DNA from: Acidobacteriota bacterium
GTDB lineage: Bacteria > Acidobacteriota > UBA6911 > RPQK01 > JADFOI01
Assembly (NCBI GenBank): GCA_963663035.1
Contig: OY760074.1
Location: forward strand, 928,001-992,000
DNA: 64,000 bases
Reading direction: 5' to 3'
Part shown: piece by piece, positions 18,886 to 30,255 of the stretch
How the letters are laid out: every line of letters begins with the position of its first letter
Numbering within the stretch: the first letter of the stretch is position 1
Made by a program: the position numbers and the translations under genes
Notes under the pieces: generated by a model
Database searches by the model: none
Told to the model about the DNA's origin: nothing
The model's input: only the letters and a program-made list of their open reading frames with translations

Positions 18886-20368
18886 GAAAACGGATCCCAT
18901 CGAACAGCGCTCTCTGAAACTGGAAGAGATTCGCCAACTCGGACATGATCCCTATCCCCACGACTATGAGACGAGTCACACCGTAGCTGAGCTGGTCGGG
19001 AGATTTTCCCAGAAATCGGCTCAGGAGCTGGAGCAAGAGCAGGTGTCCGTGCAAACGGCCGGTCGGCTTGTGAACCTGCGGGGACACGGAAAGGCCGGTT
19101 TCGCGGATCTCTTCGGCTCAGGCGAACGGATCCAGATCTATGTGCGGCAAGACCGGATTGGCGAGGAAAACCACAAGCTTTTCCGGCTTCTGGATATTGG
19201 CGATATCATCGGTGTACGAGGACATTTGTTTCGCACCAAGACCGATGAGCTGACGATTTCAGCCCAGCAGCTTGACTTTCTGGTCAAGGGTCTCCTGCCG
19301 CTGCCCGAAAAGTGGCACGGTCTCAAAGATGTGGAGCTCCGCTACAGGCAGCGCTACCTGGATTTGATTTCCAGTCGAGAGGTGAGAGAAATCTTTATTC
19401 GGCGTAGTCGCATCATTTCCCAGATCCGGGAATTCCTGGAATCGAGAGATTACCTGGAAGTTGAGACCCCCATGATGCAGCCTGTGGCGGGAGGAGCGAA
19501 GGCTCGACCTTTCAAGACCTTTCACGAGGCTCTCAGCATCCCTCTGTTTTTGAGAATTGCTCCTGAACTGTATTTGAAGCGGTTGATCGTGGGGGGCTTT
19601 GACCGGGTGTATGAAATCAACCGAAGCTTTCGCAACGAAGGAGTGTCCACACAGCACAACCCCGAATTCACGATGCTGGAATTTTATCAGGCCTACAGTA
19701 ATTATCAGGATCTGATGGACTTGACCGAGGAGATGCTGCAGATGGTGGCCCAGAAGGTCACCGGTGGCCTTGAAGTGCCATTCAATGGCAATCAGGTGGA
19801 TTTCAGCAGCTTTAGCCGCTATTCCATGGTCGAAGCCATTCAGAAGTTTTGGGATAAGGAGGGTGCTCCTTCAGCAGAAGATCTCGGCCAGCGCGCGCCC
19901 TTGGTTGCTCTTTTGAAAAAAGTTGGCTTGGAATTTGAAGCGGAGCAGAGCTGGGGAGAACTGCTCGAATGGCTGTTTGAGCAAGTCGTGGAAAAGCACC
20001 TCATCCAGCCAACCTTCATTTATGACTTTCCTGCCGAGCTTTCTCCGCTCTCCAAGACCAGTGATGAGGATCCCCGTTTTGCGGAGCGATTTGAATTATT
20101 CATTGGCGGCCTTGAAATTGCCAATGCGTACAGTGAGTTGAATGATCCGGAGGAGCAGAAAAAGCGGTTTGAGACACAGGTGCAAGCTCGGGTGGGCGGG
20201 GATTCCGAGGCCCACGAGATGGATGAGGACTACCTGAAGGCATTGCGATATGGAATGCCTCCAACGGCGGGAGAGGGAATTGGGATCGATCGCCTGACCA
20301 TGGTGTTGACCGATTCTGACTCCATTCGAGAGGTCATCTTGTTTCCCCACCTTCGACCTGAGAGCTGA
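18878..20368 (+). CDS. lysS: Lysine--tRNA ligase (class II)
   Basis: LPEKWHGL, RYRQRYLDL, LRIAPELYLKRL, FRNEG, HNPEF, YGMPPTAGEGIGIDRL. Confidence 0.98.
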   Translation: MGEKTDPIEQRSLKLEEIRQLGHDPYPHDYETSHTVAELVGRFSQKSAQELEQEQVSVQTAGRLVNLRGHGKAGFADLFGSGERIQIYVRQDRIGEENHKLFRLLDIGDIIGVRGHLFRTKTDELTISAQQLDFLVKGLLPLPEKWHGLKDVELRYRQRYLDLISSREVREIFIRRSRIISQIREFLESRDYLEVETPMMQPVAGGAKARPFKTFHEALSIPLFLRIAPELYLKRLIVGGFDRVYEINRSFRNEGVSTQHNPEFTMLEFYQAYSNYQDLMDLTEEMLQMVAQKVTGGLEVPFNGNQVDFSSFSRYSMVEAIQKFWDKEGAPSAEDLGQRAPLVALLKKVGLEFEAEQSWGELLEWLFEQVVEKHLIQPTFIYDFPAELSPLSKTSDEDPRFAERFELFIGGLEIANAYSELNDPEEQKKRFETQVQARVGGDSEAHEMDEDYLKALRYGMPPTAGEGIGIDRLTMVLTDSDSIREVILFPHLRPES

Positions 20369-20375
20369 ATCCACT

Positions 20376-21614
20376 ATGCTAGTCACGAAATTCGAGCTGT
20401 TTGTGGCCTTGAGATACCTTCGAGCCGGCCGCAAGCAAGTCGTCATTTCAGTCGTCACCTTTATCTCGGTGCTGGGGGTTACGGCGGGGGTGATGGCCCT
20501 GAATATCGCTCTGGCCCTCAATGCGGGTTTCATAGCGGAGTTCCAGGACCGAATCCTGGGTGCCACCCCCCATGTCAATCTTTTAAGAGCCGTTCCGGGA
20601 CCGATCTCCCCCTATCAGCTCCTCACCCAGCAGATCGGTGAACTGCCTGAAGTGCTGAGAGTCACCCCCACCATCTATGGCCAGGCCCTGTTGGTGAGTG
20701 AGTTGCGCGAGCAGCCGGCCGTCCTCAAGGGGTTGGATCTACCAGAAACGACGCAGCTCTCCGACTTTTTCCCACAGATCATCGAAGGAAGCCTGGAGCA
20801 GTTTAATCAGTTCGATTCTTTTCCGACCGTAGTCTTGGGAACTGATTTGGCCCAGTCTCTGGGCGTTGTGACTGGAGACAACATTCGCGCCATAGGTCTG
20901 AAGGGGGAGCTTTCCCCGCTGGGACGCATGCCTCGCATTGAGACCTTTCGGGTGATTGCTATCTTTGAGTCAGGTTTTTGGGAAACGGACTCCAGCTGGG
21001 TCCTGTTTTCTATTCAGGCGGCTCAGCAGTTCTTTAGATTCCCCTCCGGTGCGGCCTCCGTTCTGGAAGTGTGGATCCAGGACATGGATGCGGCTCCAAG
21101 CGTGGCCATGAAGTTAAGGGAGGTGGCTGGCTCCGGCTATTCGACCAGCACCTGGATGGAACTTTTCCGTCCTCTCTTTTCAGCTTTGGAGCATGAGAAG
21201 AGAATCATGTTCATCGCCATTGGACTGATCATTCTGGTGGCCTCCCTCAACATCATCGGGACACTGACTCTGATGGTCATGCAAAAAAATCGCGATATTG
21301 CCATTATCACGGCCATGGGAGGGACAGCTCGGACCATCATGGCGGTCTTCATGCTGCAAGGTTTGATGATTGGACTGGTGGGGACGATTCTGGGAGATCT
21401 TTTGGGAAGTGCCGCTATCTGGTATTTCAATGCCTACCAGGTGTTTCCTCTGGAAGCGCAGGTCTATGCGATCCCTTACGTGCCCTTCCTGTTGAACTCC
21501 GGTGACCTGGTTCGGGTCTCGATCCTGGCCATCCTGACTTGTTTTTTGGCCACCCTTTATCCGGCCAGAGCTGCTTCACGATTGGATCCAATTGAAGCGT
21601 TGAGATATGAGTAA
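20376..21614 (+). CDS. lolE: Lipoprotein-releasing ABC transporter permease (LolC/E family)
   Basis: [36 protein letters not shown]. Confidence 0.9.
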   Translation: MLVTKFELFVALRYLRAGRKQVVISVVTFISVLGVTAGVMALNIALALNAGFIAEFQDRILGATPHVNLLRAVPGPISPYQLLTQQIGELPEVLRVTPTIYGQALLVSELREQPAVLKGLDLPETTQLSDFFPQIIEGSLEQFNQFDSFPTVVLGTDLAQSLGVVTGDNIRAIGLKGELSPLGRMPRIETFRVIAIFESGFWETDSSWVLFSIQAAQQFFRFPSGAASVLEVWIQDMDAAPSVAMKLREVAGSGYSTSTWMELFRPLFSALEHEKRIMFIAIGLIILVASLNIIGTLTLMVMQKNRDIAIITAMGGTARTIMAVFMLQGLMIGLVGTILGDLLGSAAIWYFNAYQVFPLEAQVYAIPYVPFLLNSGDLVRVSILAILTCFLATLYPARAASRLDPIEALRYE

Positions 21615-22296
21615 GTTTCTCAGGATTCAAGGGATTTCGAAATCGTTCCAGTCCGGGGCTGAGAAGCTCCACATCCTGGTCGATCTGGCTTTAGACCTTC
21701 AACAAGGCCAGATGGTGGCTGTCACCGGCGCCAGCGGATCTGGAAAGAGTACCTTCCTTCACCTGGTCGGTGGCATGGACAAAGCCGACGCCGGCCAAAT
21801 CTTGCTGGAAGGAGTCGATGTCACTCGCCTGGCGGGCAAGGAGTTGGCGGAATATCGCAACCGGAAGATCGGATTCATCTTTCAATTTCATCATTTACTG
21901 CCGGAATTCTCTGCTCTGGAGAATGTCATGTTTCCCCTTCTTTTGCGGCAAACCCCTTTTCCTCGGGCCCGGAGGGAGGCCCAAGAGCTGCTGGCTGAGG
22001 TGGGACTGGCTGACCGCGGTCACCACAAGCCGGGCCAGCTATCGGGAGGGGAGCAACAGCGGGTTGCCTTTGCACGGGCACTGGTGGGAAAGCCGAGTTT
22101 GCTGCTGGGGGATGAGCCCACCGGCAATCTGGATGAGCACACTTCAGAAGCGATCTACCAGCTTCTCCTGGAAGTCCATCGCAATCACCGTTTGACCTCC
22201 ATAATCGTCACCCACAACCCAAGACTGGCTGCTCTATGTGAATCGGAGAAGAGCCTTCAAGAGGGAAAGTTAGTGGAAATGAGTGAAAGTCACTAA
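21607..22296 (+). CDS. lolD: Lipoprotein-releasing ABC transporter ATPase
   Basis: [40 protein letters not shown]. Confidence 0.93.
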   Translation: MSKFLRIQGISKSFQSGAEKLHILVDLALDLQQGQMVAVTGASGSGKSTFLHLVGGMDKADAGQILLEGVDVTRLAGKELAEYRNRKIGFIFQFHHLLPEFSALENVMFPLLLRQTPFPRARREAQELLAEVGLADRGHHKPGQLSGGEQQRVAFARALVGKPSLLLGDEPTGNLDEHTSEAIYQLLLEVHRNHRLTSIIVTHNPRLAALCESEKSLQEGKLVEMSESH

Positions 22297-22391
22297 GTTT
22301 CCAGCGGGTCTGTCGACAGTTGCTGGGGGACAGCCATTTCTGTTAAAAGATAAGTGCAGGCTTATAAAAGCAGGCTGACTGGAACAGTCTT

Positions 22392-24836
22392 ATGTTTGAG
22401 AAGTACACCGAAAAGGCCAGGCGGGTCATCTTCTTTGCACGCTATGAAACCAGCCAGTTGGGGGCCCGACGGATCGAAACAGAGCACGTTCTGCTAGGGT
22501 TGCTCAGAGAAGATAAGGCCCTCAGCAGCCGCTTTTTCCCTCATGCTGAGGCTGCCCTGGAAGCCATCCGAAGGCAGATTGAAGGCCGCACTGTCGCTCG
22601 CGATAAAGTCTCCACCTCTGTTGAACTGCCACTCAGTGATGAATCAAAAAGGGTCTTGACTTATGCGGCCGAGGAAGCAGATCGACTGATGTGCAATTAC
22701 ATTGGAACGGAGCACATCCTGCTGGGCCTGTTGCGGGAAGAGAAGTCGGTGGCTGCCGAAATCCTGTATGAAAATGGTCTCAGGCTTTCGCGTGTGCGCG
22801 AGGAGTTGGCTGGCTCAAGCCCCGAGCGAGTTGCACCTTCCAAGTCAAAAGACGCGCTGCTTTTGACCGAGTTCAGCCGCGATCTGACGGAAGCTGCCAG
22901 TAACGGAGTACTGGATCCGCTGGTGGGGCGAGATGCTGAGATCGAGCGCGTGGTTCAGATTCTTTGTCGGCGCACCAAGAATAATCCAGTACTCATCGGG
23001 GAACCCGGTGTGGGGAAGACGGCAATCGTGGAGGGGTTGGCCCAAAAGATCATCAAAGGAGAGGTTCCTTCCATGCTCACTGACAAGCGGGTGCTGGCCC
23101 TGGATATCTCACTGATCGTGGCTGGAACCAAATACCGCGGTCAGTTTGAGGAACGACTCAAGGCCATTATGAAGGAGTTGGTGGACCATCCCAACTTCGT
23201 CGTCTTTGTCGATGAACTGCACACCCTGGTGGGGGCCGGTTCAGCAGAAGGTTCTCTGGATGCCGCCAACATTTTGAAGCCTGCCCTTTCGCGGGGTGAA
23301 ATCCAGTGCGTTGGGGCCACCACGCCCTATGAGTACCGACGTTCGATCGAAAAGGACCGTGCTCTGGCGCGGCGCTTTCAGGCCATCAAAGTGGCTCCTA
23401 CTACGGAAGAAGAAACGCTGGAGATCATCCACGGGATTAAGAGTCGCTACGAGTCGTTCCATCAGGTCGAATACACGGATGAGGCAGTTCACACGGCCGT
23501 GTATCAGTCCAGTCGATATATCACGGATCGACACCTTCCCGACAAGGCCATCGATGTTCTGGATGAGGCCGGAGCTCGAGTAAAGCTCGACAACACGGTT
23601 ATCCCGGAAGGTATGACTGATCTCCAGAGGAAGCTCAAAGTCATTGTCCGGCAGATGGACGACGCCATCTCAGCTAAAGAATTCGATCGAGCGGCTCTGC
23701 TGAAAGATCAGGAGTTGCTGGAGCGCGAGAACCTGCAGATCATTAAGGAACGCTGGAAGGTGGGCAACAGCATTACTCCCCAGGTGAAAAAGGAGCATGT
23801 GGAACACGTGGTTTCGCATTGGACGGGTATTCCCGTCACCTCCTTGCATGAGGAGGAAATGCAGAAGCTTCTTCGCTTGGAGGAGGATCTTCATGGGAGA
23901 GTGATCAGTCAAGATCGTGCCATTTCGGCTCTTTCCAGAGCGATTCGTCGCAGCCGGGCGGGTATGAAAAATCCTAACCGACCGGTTGGATCTTTTCTTT
24001 TCCTGGGACCTACCGGGGTTGGTAAAACAGAACTGGCCAAGGCGCTCTCGGAGGTGCTGTTCGGCAGCGAAAAGGTCCTGATTCGCTTTGACATGTCCGA
24101 GTACATGGAGAAACACGCAGTGTCGAAGCTGATTGGGTCCCCCCCGGGCTACGTCGGGCATGAGGAGGGGGGGCAGTTGACCGAGCAGGTCAAGCGGAAT
24201 CCTTACTCCGTTCTACTGCTCGATGAAATTGAAAAAGCTCACTTTGACATCTTCAATATCCTGCTCCAGGTGTTTGAGGATGGTGTGCTGACGGATTCAC
24301 TTGGAAATACGGTTGATTTCAAAAACGCCATTATCATCATGACTTCCAACATCGGAGCCCGCTATCTGGTGGATCGCTCTCCGATGGGGTTTTCCACAGG
24401 AGCAGAGCAGGACCAGGGGAAAGTGGAAAACCTTATCCTCAATGAGGTCAAGAAGCTCTTCAATCCCGAGTTTCTCAACCGGCTGGATGAAGTGATACTG
24501 TTCGAGTCTTTAACAGAAGAGGATCTGAGCCAAATCGTGGACCTCCTTCTGAACCAAGTCAATCAGAACGTGGCGCCCAAGGAGATTCACATTAATCTGA
24601 AGGCGGAAGCCAAGGATTGGATCATCCAGAAAACCTGCCTTGATCGCTCCTATGGAGCGCGACCACTGCGCAGAGCCATTCAACGCTACATCGAAGATTC
24701 AGTTGCCGAACTCATCATTCAAGGTAAACTGAAAGAAAAACAGACACTGACTATCTATCTCAAGGGCGACCTCCTCTACTATCGTCCCAAGGGCTCCCAG
24801 AGCGAGGGAGCGCCTCTTTCCTTCGGCCTGGCCTGA
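22392..24836 (+). CDS. clpC: ATP-dependent Clp protease ATPase subunit
   Basis: Two Clp-N repeats, [11 protein letters not shown]-like coiled coil, [23 protein letters not shown]. Confidence 0.93.
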   Translation: MFEKYTEKARRVIFFARYETSQLGARRIETEHVLLGLLREDKALSSRFFPHAEAALEAIRRQIEGRTVARDKVSTSVELPLSDESKRVLTYAAEEADRLMCNYIGTEHILLGLLREEKSVAAEILYENGLRLSRVREELAGSSPERVAPSKSKDALLLTEFSRDLTEAASNGVLDPLVGRDAEIERVVQILCRRTKNNPVLIGEPGVGKTAIVEGLAQKIIKGEVPSMLTDKRVLALDISLIVAGTKYRGQFEERLKAIMKELVDHPNFVVFVDELHTLVGAGSAEGSLDAANILKPALSRGEIQCVGATTPYEYRRSIEKDRALARRFQAIKVAPTTEEETLEIIHGIKSRYESFHQVEYTDEAVHTAVYQSSRYITDRHLPDKAIDVLDEAGARVKLDNTVIPEGMTDLQRKLKVIVRQMDDAISAKEFDRAALLKDQELLERENLQIIKERWKVGNSITPQVKKEHVEHVVSHWTGIPVTSLHEEEMQKLLRLEEDLHGRVISQDRAISALSRAIRRSRAGMKNPNRPVGSFLFLGPTGVGKTELAKALSEVLFGSEKVLIRFDMSEYMEKHAVSKLIGSPPGYVGHEEGGQLTEQVKRNPYSVLLLDEIEKAHFDIFNILLQVFEDGVLTDSLGNTVDFKNAIIIMTSNIGARYLVDRSPMGFSTGAEQDQGKVENLILNEVKKLFNPEFLNRLDEVILFESLTEEDLSQIVDLLLNQVNQNVAPKEIHINLKAEAKDWIIQKTCLDRSYGARPLRRAIQRYIEDSVAELIIQGKLKEKQTLTIYLKGDLLYYRPKGSQSEGAPLSFGLA

Positions 24837-24843
24837 GTCTGTG

Positions 24844-24866
24844 CGTGGGAGGCACCTCAGGTGCCG
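24844..24866 (+). repeat. REP-B palindrome
   Basis: CGTGGGAGGCACCTCAGGTGCCG; also at 39234, 39280 and inverted at 40459-40480. Confidence 0.8.
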
Positions 24867-24959
24867 CATTGTCCGATTTTCAACAGCACAGCTAAATCCA
24901 CGCCTGAACGAACAGTCCAGTTGCTCTTGAACTGGATTGCGCGATAAAATTATCGAGCC

Positions 24960-27599
24960 ATGACCCTCCCTGAAATCGAATATCGATTGAGCCGTGTTCT
25001 TGCAATGGCTCTGTTGGTTCTCAGCGCGGTGTCCTCCTGGGCGCTTGCTCAAGTCAACCAACCTATCCAATTGCTTGAGGGAGCGCCAATCGAGGAGATT
25101 CGTCTTGTCGGCAATCGCCGGATTCCCGAAAGTACCATCCATTACTATATCCAGAGTAGGGAGGAGATGATCTTCGATGAGCAGCGGGCCCTGCTCGATT
25201 ATAAAACTCTTCTGAACACCAACTTTTTCGACGACGCGAAAATCAAGCGGATGGACGGAGAAACGGGTGTCATCCTCATTTTCGAGTTCACCGAGAGACC
25301 GCTCATCCGAACCGTAGAGTATGAAGGGATGAAGTCCTTCAAGGAGTCCGACGTTTTGGAGAAGTTCCGAGACCTCAGGGTTGGACTCTCAGTGGACTCT
25401 ACCTTTGACCCGGCCAATCTGCCCCTGGCGCGCCGAGCGATCAAAGGGCTTCTCGATGAAAATGGCCGCCCTCTCGGTCGAGTGGAGGTGGAGACGGAGC
25501 ACATCACAAGCACTTCCGAGAAGATCGTTTTTAAAATTGAAGAGGGCCCTAAGGTTCGCATCGGGAAGATCGATTTCGAGGGCAATACGGTCTTTTCAGA
25601 CAGTGAACTGGGCAAGGCGCTGGAGTTGACCAAGCCACGAGGGCTGATGAGCATTTTCAGGGGCCAGGACAAATTCATCAAGGAAAAAATTGAGTATGAC
25701 CTCCAGCTGAATCTCATCGAGCGCTATCGTGAGGTGGGTCACATCTTCGCCAGGGCAGGTGAGCCTGAGGCCCGGATCGTTGAAGCCCCCAAAGGTTTGC
25801 TCATCGGCTTCAGGAAAACCAAGCAGCAATACTATCTCACCATTCCCATCGAAGAGGGAGAACAGTATCGCTGGAACAGTTTTGAGATCGAGGGCCTGGA
25901 TAGTTTTGACGAAGAGGTGGTGAAAGCGGCTTATGACATCGTTCCGGGAGAAGTGGTCAACTACGTGGCTCTCAGGGAGGCCAGCGATGAACTGAAGAAG
26001 GCCTACTCGACCAGCGGGTATCTGGATATGGTTGTGATTCCGAATCTGGATGCCGATCAGGACAACAAGACTGTGGATGTGAGGCTTCAGGTCGATGAGG
26101 GAAAGCAGTACCTGGTGAACCGAATTGACTTTGGGGGGAACACCAAAACCCGTGATAAGGTCCTGCGCCGCGAGTTTCTCCTGGAGGAGCAACAGCTCTT
26201 TAACGGAACCTCCCTGGACTGGTCCATCTTGCGTCTCAATCAACTCGGATTCTTCGAACCGATAGAAGAGGCGGATTACGAAGTCATCAAGAGGCCCAGT
26301 GAAGGTGAAGTCGACATTTTGGTGACTGTCGAGGAGAAGAGCCAGCAATCGATTGGTGTCAGTGGAGGAGTCAGTGGTATTAGTGGCAGTTTTTTCGGTA
26401 TCAACTACCAGTCCAATAACTTCCGGGGCCTGGGACAGCGAATCGATGTTCAGCTTTCCACGGGTACCCGGACCTCAAACTACACGCTCTCCTTTACCGA
26501 ACCCTATTTCCGGGACACCAGGATCTCCCTGGGACTCTCAGTCTTCAATCAGCGCTATCGGTTCGATACCTTTACCGCCTTCGCCGGGCAGATCGCTGAG
26601 AACGACAATATTCAGCTCTTTACGCGCAATACCAGCGGGTTTACGGCAAGCGGAGGTTATCCGATATGGCGCTGGACGCGTTTGGACATGAGTTACCGTC
26701 TGGAGACCATCCGAATTGAAGATATCGATGAGGGGTTCAGTGACTTTGCCTTGAATCAACTGGTTGGATTCACTCCCGGCGGCAGTCCCGAAGATGCCAG
26801 AAAAGGGATTATCCGCAGCGAAATCACACCCAGACTGACTTACAACACGAAAAACCAGGTCTTTAATGCGACCCAGGGAACCCAACTCAGTTTGAGCGCG
26901 CCCATTGCCGGCGGGGCCTTGGGTGGGACCTTCAATCTCATCCGGCCGACACTCGAATACCAGAAGTTTTTTCCCGACACTTTCCTCAGCGGCGGTCGAA
27001 ACACGCTCGCCTTGCGGGCACAAATATCCCACATCCTTCCCTATGGCAATCTCCCCGCTGGGGATCCCATGGCGATACCTTTTTTCGAAAGAATCTTTTC
27101 CGGGGGAGAATTTACATTACGCGGCTTTGACCTCCGTTCCGTCAGCCCCTGGGCCGTCACCCGGAGTCCCAGCCTGGATGGCAGCGGGAACCCCATTATC
27201 GACCCAGCCACGGGTTTGCCCGCCATCACCGAAAGTCCCATCCCGGTGGGAGGAGACACCACCATGATCCTGACCGCGGAGTACCGTGTCCCCATCGTTG
27301 GACCCCTGCAGGTGACGGGTTTTGTTGACTTTGGAACGGCCACCATCGTGAAAAAAGATAACTTGCGTATCTTTGGACCCAACACCGAAGTGACTTTGCA
27401 GGAGCAAACCAACAATGTCTGGCGGGCATCGACCGGTGCGGAAATTCAGTTCCTGATGCCCGTGGTGAACCAGCCGTTCCGTCTGATCTTTGCCTATAAT
27501 CCATTGATCATGGATACGAGTATCGTTTCGAGAGGCCAGCGATTTCCTCTCAGAGAGCCGGAGAGAAATGTTAAATTTACAGTTGGATACACCTTTTAG
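24960..27599 (+). CDS. bamA: Outer membrane protein assembly factor BamA
   Basis: POTRA repeats (GNRRI, GNTKTRDKVLRRE), LRGF motif, C-terminal F. Confidence 0.95.
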   Translation: MTLPEIEYRLSRVLAMALLVLSAVSSWALAQVNQPIQLLEGAPIEEIRLVGNRRIPESTIHYYIQSREEMIFDEQRALLDYKTLLNTNFFDDAKIKRMDGETGVILIFEFTERPLIRTVEYEGMKSFKESDVLEKFRDLRVGLSVDSTFDPANLPLARRAIKGLLDENGRPLGRVEVETEHITSTSEKIVFKIEEGPKVRIGKIDFEGNTVFSDSELGKALELTKPRGLMSIFRGQDKFIKEKIEYDLQLNLIERYREVGHIFARAGEPEARIVEAPKGLLIGFRKTKQQYYLTIPIEEGEQYRWNSFEIEGLDSFDEEVVKAAYDIVPGEVVNYVALREASDELKKAYSTSGYLDMVVIPNLDADQDNKTVDVRLQVDEGKQYLVNRIDFGGNTKTRDKVLRREFLLEEQQLFNGTSLDWSILRLNQLGFFEPIEEADYEVIKRPSEGEVDILVTVEEKSQQSIGVSGGVSGISGSFFGINYQSNNFRGLGQRIDVQLSTGTRTSNYTLSFTEPYFRDTRISLGLSVFNQRYRFDTFTAFAGQIAENDNIQLFTRNTSGFTASGGYPIWRWTRLDMSYRLETIRIEDIDEGFSDFALNQLVGFTPGGSPEDARKGIIRSEITPRLTYNTKNQVFNATQGTQLSLSAPIAGGALGGTFNLIRPTLEYQKFFPDTFLSGGRNTLALRAQISHILPYGNLPAGDPMAIPFFERIFSGGEFTLRGFDLRSVSPWAVTRSPSLDGSGNPIIDPATGLPAITESPIPVGGDTTMILTAEYRVPIVGPLQVTGFVDFGTATIVKKDNLRIFGPNTEVTLQEQTNNVWRASTGAEIQFLMPVVNQPFRLIFAYNPLIMDTSIVSRGQRFPLREPERNVKFTVGYTF

Positions 27600-27618
27600 T
27601 TAAGGAGAAGATGAAATT

Positions 27619-28164
27619 ATGAGAAAGTGGATAGCGGTGGCCCTGGTCGGGCCGATGATAGCCGGGGCTGCGGTGACGATGAGCCTGGCCCAAGGTTCCA
27701 AGATAGGTTTCGTCGACACCCTGGCGGTGCTCTATGCTACCGAAGAGGGCAAGAGAGAGCTCGAAGGGTTAAATCAGTTTGCCTCGGTCAAGCAGCAGGA
27801 AGTCGCTCTCCTGACTTCAGAGGTGCAGATACTCCAGGACCGGTATGTCTCCCAGCAGGCAGTTCTCAATCCCACGGCTCGCGTGGACATGGAACGGGAT
27901 ATTGGGGATAAGGAGCGCAATCTGCAGAGACTGCAGGAAGATGTCGAGCTGGAATACAACCAGCGCAGCGAAGCACTTTTGGCCAGGATGGGTGAAAAGA
28001 TTCAGGGAGTGATTGTCCAGTACTCTCAAGACAATGGCTATTCGGTGATTTTCATGCGAAATGAGACGCAGAGTTTCGTGGATGTCTCACTGGATGTCAC
28101 TGAAGAGATCATACGCATTTACAACGAAAGCAATCCTGTCACCGGCCAGGCGGGTTCGCAATGA
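27619..28164 (+). CDS. skp: Skp/OmpH chaperone, copy 1
   Basis: Signal peptide, KIGFVD, coiled coil, LDVTEEII. Confidence 0.88.
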   Translation: MRKWIAVALVGPMIAGAAVTMSLAQGSKIGFVDTLAVLYATEEGKRELEGLNQFASVKQQEVALLTSEVQILQDRYVSQQAVLNPTARVDMERDIGDKERNLQRLQEDVELEYNQRSEALLARMGEKIQGVIVQYSQDNGYSVIFMRNETQSFVDVSLDVTEEIIRIYNESNPVTGQAGSQ

Positions 28165-28718
28165 GAAATTACGTGTTGACGTTATTGACCTGCCTATTTC
28201 TCCTGAGCGTGGGGAGTGCCACGGCCGTGGCTCAAACGAGTGAACCGCAAAAGGCTCTGATAGAACAGAAGCTCGGCTTTATCGATAGCCTTCAGGTTCT
28301 CAACGGAACGGAAGACGGAAAAGTGCAAATAGCCGAGGTCGAGCAGTTTATTGCAGACAAGCAGGCAGAGTACGATACACGGCGTGTGAACTTGGAAAGA
28401 CAGACAGAGCAGTTCGAGGCCCAGCAGCGAACCCTGAATGCCCAGACGCGTCTGGAGATGCAGCGCAAGATTGAGGAAGACGATCGGGTGTTGAGAAGAT
28501 TCCAGGAAGATACTCAGGTGGAAATCGAGCGCAGGCGAACTGCCATTCTGGCGGGCCTGAGCGAACAAATCCAGGTCATTATCGACGAGTTCGCTCTGGA
28601 ACAGCAGCTGGGGATGATTTTCCTGCGGGATGAATCTCAAATCTATGTGGATCCAGCTCTGGACTTCACCCAGGATATTATTCGGATATACAACCAGCGC
28701 TATCCAGTGACCGAGTAG
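28161..28718 (+). CDS. skp: Skp/OmpH chaperone, copy 2
   Basis: Signal peptide, KLGFID, coiled coil, LDFTQDII; paralog of preceding gene. Confidence 0.88.
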   Translation: MRNYVLTLLTCLFLLSVGSATAVAQTSEPQKALIEQKLGFIDSLQVLNGTEDGKVQIAEVEQFIADKQAEYDTRRVNLERQTEQFEAQQRTLNAQTRLEMQRKIEEDDRVLRRFQEDTQVEIERRRTAILAGLSEQIQVIIDEFALEQQLGMIFLRDESQIYVDPALDFTQDIIRIYNQRYPVTE

Positions 28719-28743
28719 GAGAGCTCTGCCAGCCCCACCTCAC

Positions 28744-29754
28744 GTGTATACCCTTCAGAAACTGGCCGAACACGTCGAAGGGCGTGTGGCCGGCGACTCC
28801 CAGATTGAAATCCGTGGCATTCAGCCTTTCGAGAGCGCGGGAGCGGGAGATCTCACCCTGGCGGGTGAGAAAAAGTTCCAGGAGCGGCTGGAGGAGACCC
28901 GTGCCTCTGCAGTGATCGTTTTGCCGGGTGTTTTGTCCTCCAAGAAGGCTCTGCTTCAGGTCGACAAGCCGAAGCTCGCTTTTGCTCGCCTCCTGGCTCT
29001 TTTGCACGGGAGGGACTTTGAGGCAGCAGGTATCTCTCCTCTGGCACAGGTCAGTAAAAGTGCTCAGGTTTCCGAGAATGTCACCATTCATCCCTTCGTC
29101 TTTGTGGGGGATGAGGCTGTCATCAAGGAAGAGGTCACTCTCTTTGCAGGGGTCCATGTCGGGAATCACTGTGTGATTGGTTCTGGCTGTGTGTTGCATC
29201 CCAATGTGACCCTGTATGAGGGTGTTTCTTTGGGTTCACGGGTTATCCTGCACAGTGGCACGGTCATCGGTGCCGATGGTTTCGGGTATGTCTTTGACCA
29301 GGACACTCAGGTGAAGATTCCTCAGACGGGAAGCGTCCTGATCGGAGATGATGTGGAAATTGGAGCAAATAGTTGTGTGGACCGGGCTACTTTTGGTGCG
29401 ACGGTATTGGAACGAGGTGTCAAACTGGACAACCATGTCCATATCGGCCATAACTGCCGAATCGGAGAAAATACGGTGATTGTTGCCCAGGTGGGGATTT
29501 CCGGAAGTGTTGAAATTGGGAAAAACTGTACCTTTGCAGGCCATTCGGGTGTTGTCGATCATGTCCGGATTGGAGATGAAGTCACGGTGATGCTCAAGTC
29601 GGCGGTCACCAAGGATATTCCTTCTCACTCAGTCATTTCCGGTCAACCCGCCATGGACCACCGCCAGTGGATGAAGATTGAAGCTCTCAAACGACGCTTT
29701 CCAGAGATCTACAAGGAGTGGAAGACGTGGTTAGGGGAAAGACGGAAGGATTGA
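28744..29754 (+). CDS. lpxD: UDP-3-O-acyl-glucosamine N-acyltransferase
   Basis: Hexapeptide repeats, GADGFGY, KIPQTG, KLDNHVHIGHN. Confidence 0.96.
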   Translation: MYTLQKLAEHVEGRVAGDSQIEIRGIQPFESAGAGDLTLAGEKKFQERLEETRASAVIVLPGVLSSKKALLQVDKPKLAFARLLALLHGRDFEAAGISPLAQVSKSAQVSENVTIHPFVFVGDEAVIKEEVTLFAGVHVGNHCVIGSGCVLHPNVTLYEGVSLGSRVILHSGTVIGADGFGYVFDQDTQVKIPQTGSVLIGDDVEIGANSCVDRATFGATVLERGVKLDNHVHIGHNCRIGENTVIVAQVGISGSVEIGKNCTFAGHSGVVDHVRIGDEVTVMLKSAVTKDIPSHSVISGQPAMDHRQWMKIEALKRRFPEIYKEWKTWLGERRKD

Positions 29755-29766
29755 CCATGGGGAAAA

Positions 29767-30255
29767 GTGAGCATTGCCATGAGTGAAGTGATTACGACCA
29801 TTGAGATTCAAGAGATCATGGAACTCCTGCCCCACAGGTATCCCTTTCTCCTGGTGGACCGCGTCATTGAATACGAGGCGGACAGCCGCATTGTGGGTAT
29901 CAAGAACGTCACCATCAATGAACCCTTTTTTCAAGGTCACTTTCCCGGTATCCCGATTATGCCGGGAGTCTTGATCATTGAGGCCATGGCACAAGTGGGC
30001 GGCGTTCTGGTCTTTAAGACTCTTCCTGATCGGGAAAAGAAGTTGGTGTTTTTCGCCGCCATCAAGAACGCCCGTTTCCGCAAACCTGTCGTTCCCGGGG
30101 ATCAATTGCGCATCGAAATGCTCCTGACCCATGTCAGAAGAAGTCTTGGAAAGCTGAAGGGAGAAGCATACGTGGATACTCAGCTGGTGGCCGAAGCAGA
30201 GATCATGTTTTCACTGGTGGACCGATCCGACTTCATTTCCAGTTCGGGCGAGTGA
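29767..30255 (+). CDS. fabZ: 3-hydroxyacyl-ACP dehydratase
   Basis: [31 protein letters not shown]. Confidence 0.97.
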   Translation: MSIAMSEVITTIEIQEIMELLPHRYPFLLVDRVIEYEADSRIVGIKNVTINEPFFQGHFPGIPIMPGVLIIEAMAQVGGVLVFKTLPDREKKLVFFAAIKNARFRKPVVPGDQLRIEMLLTHVRRSLGKLKGEAYVDTQLVAEAEIMFSLVDRSDFISSSGE

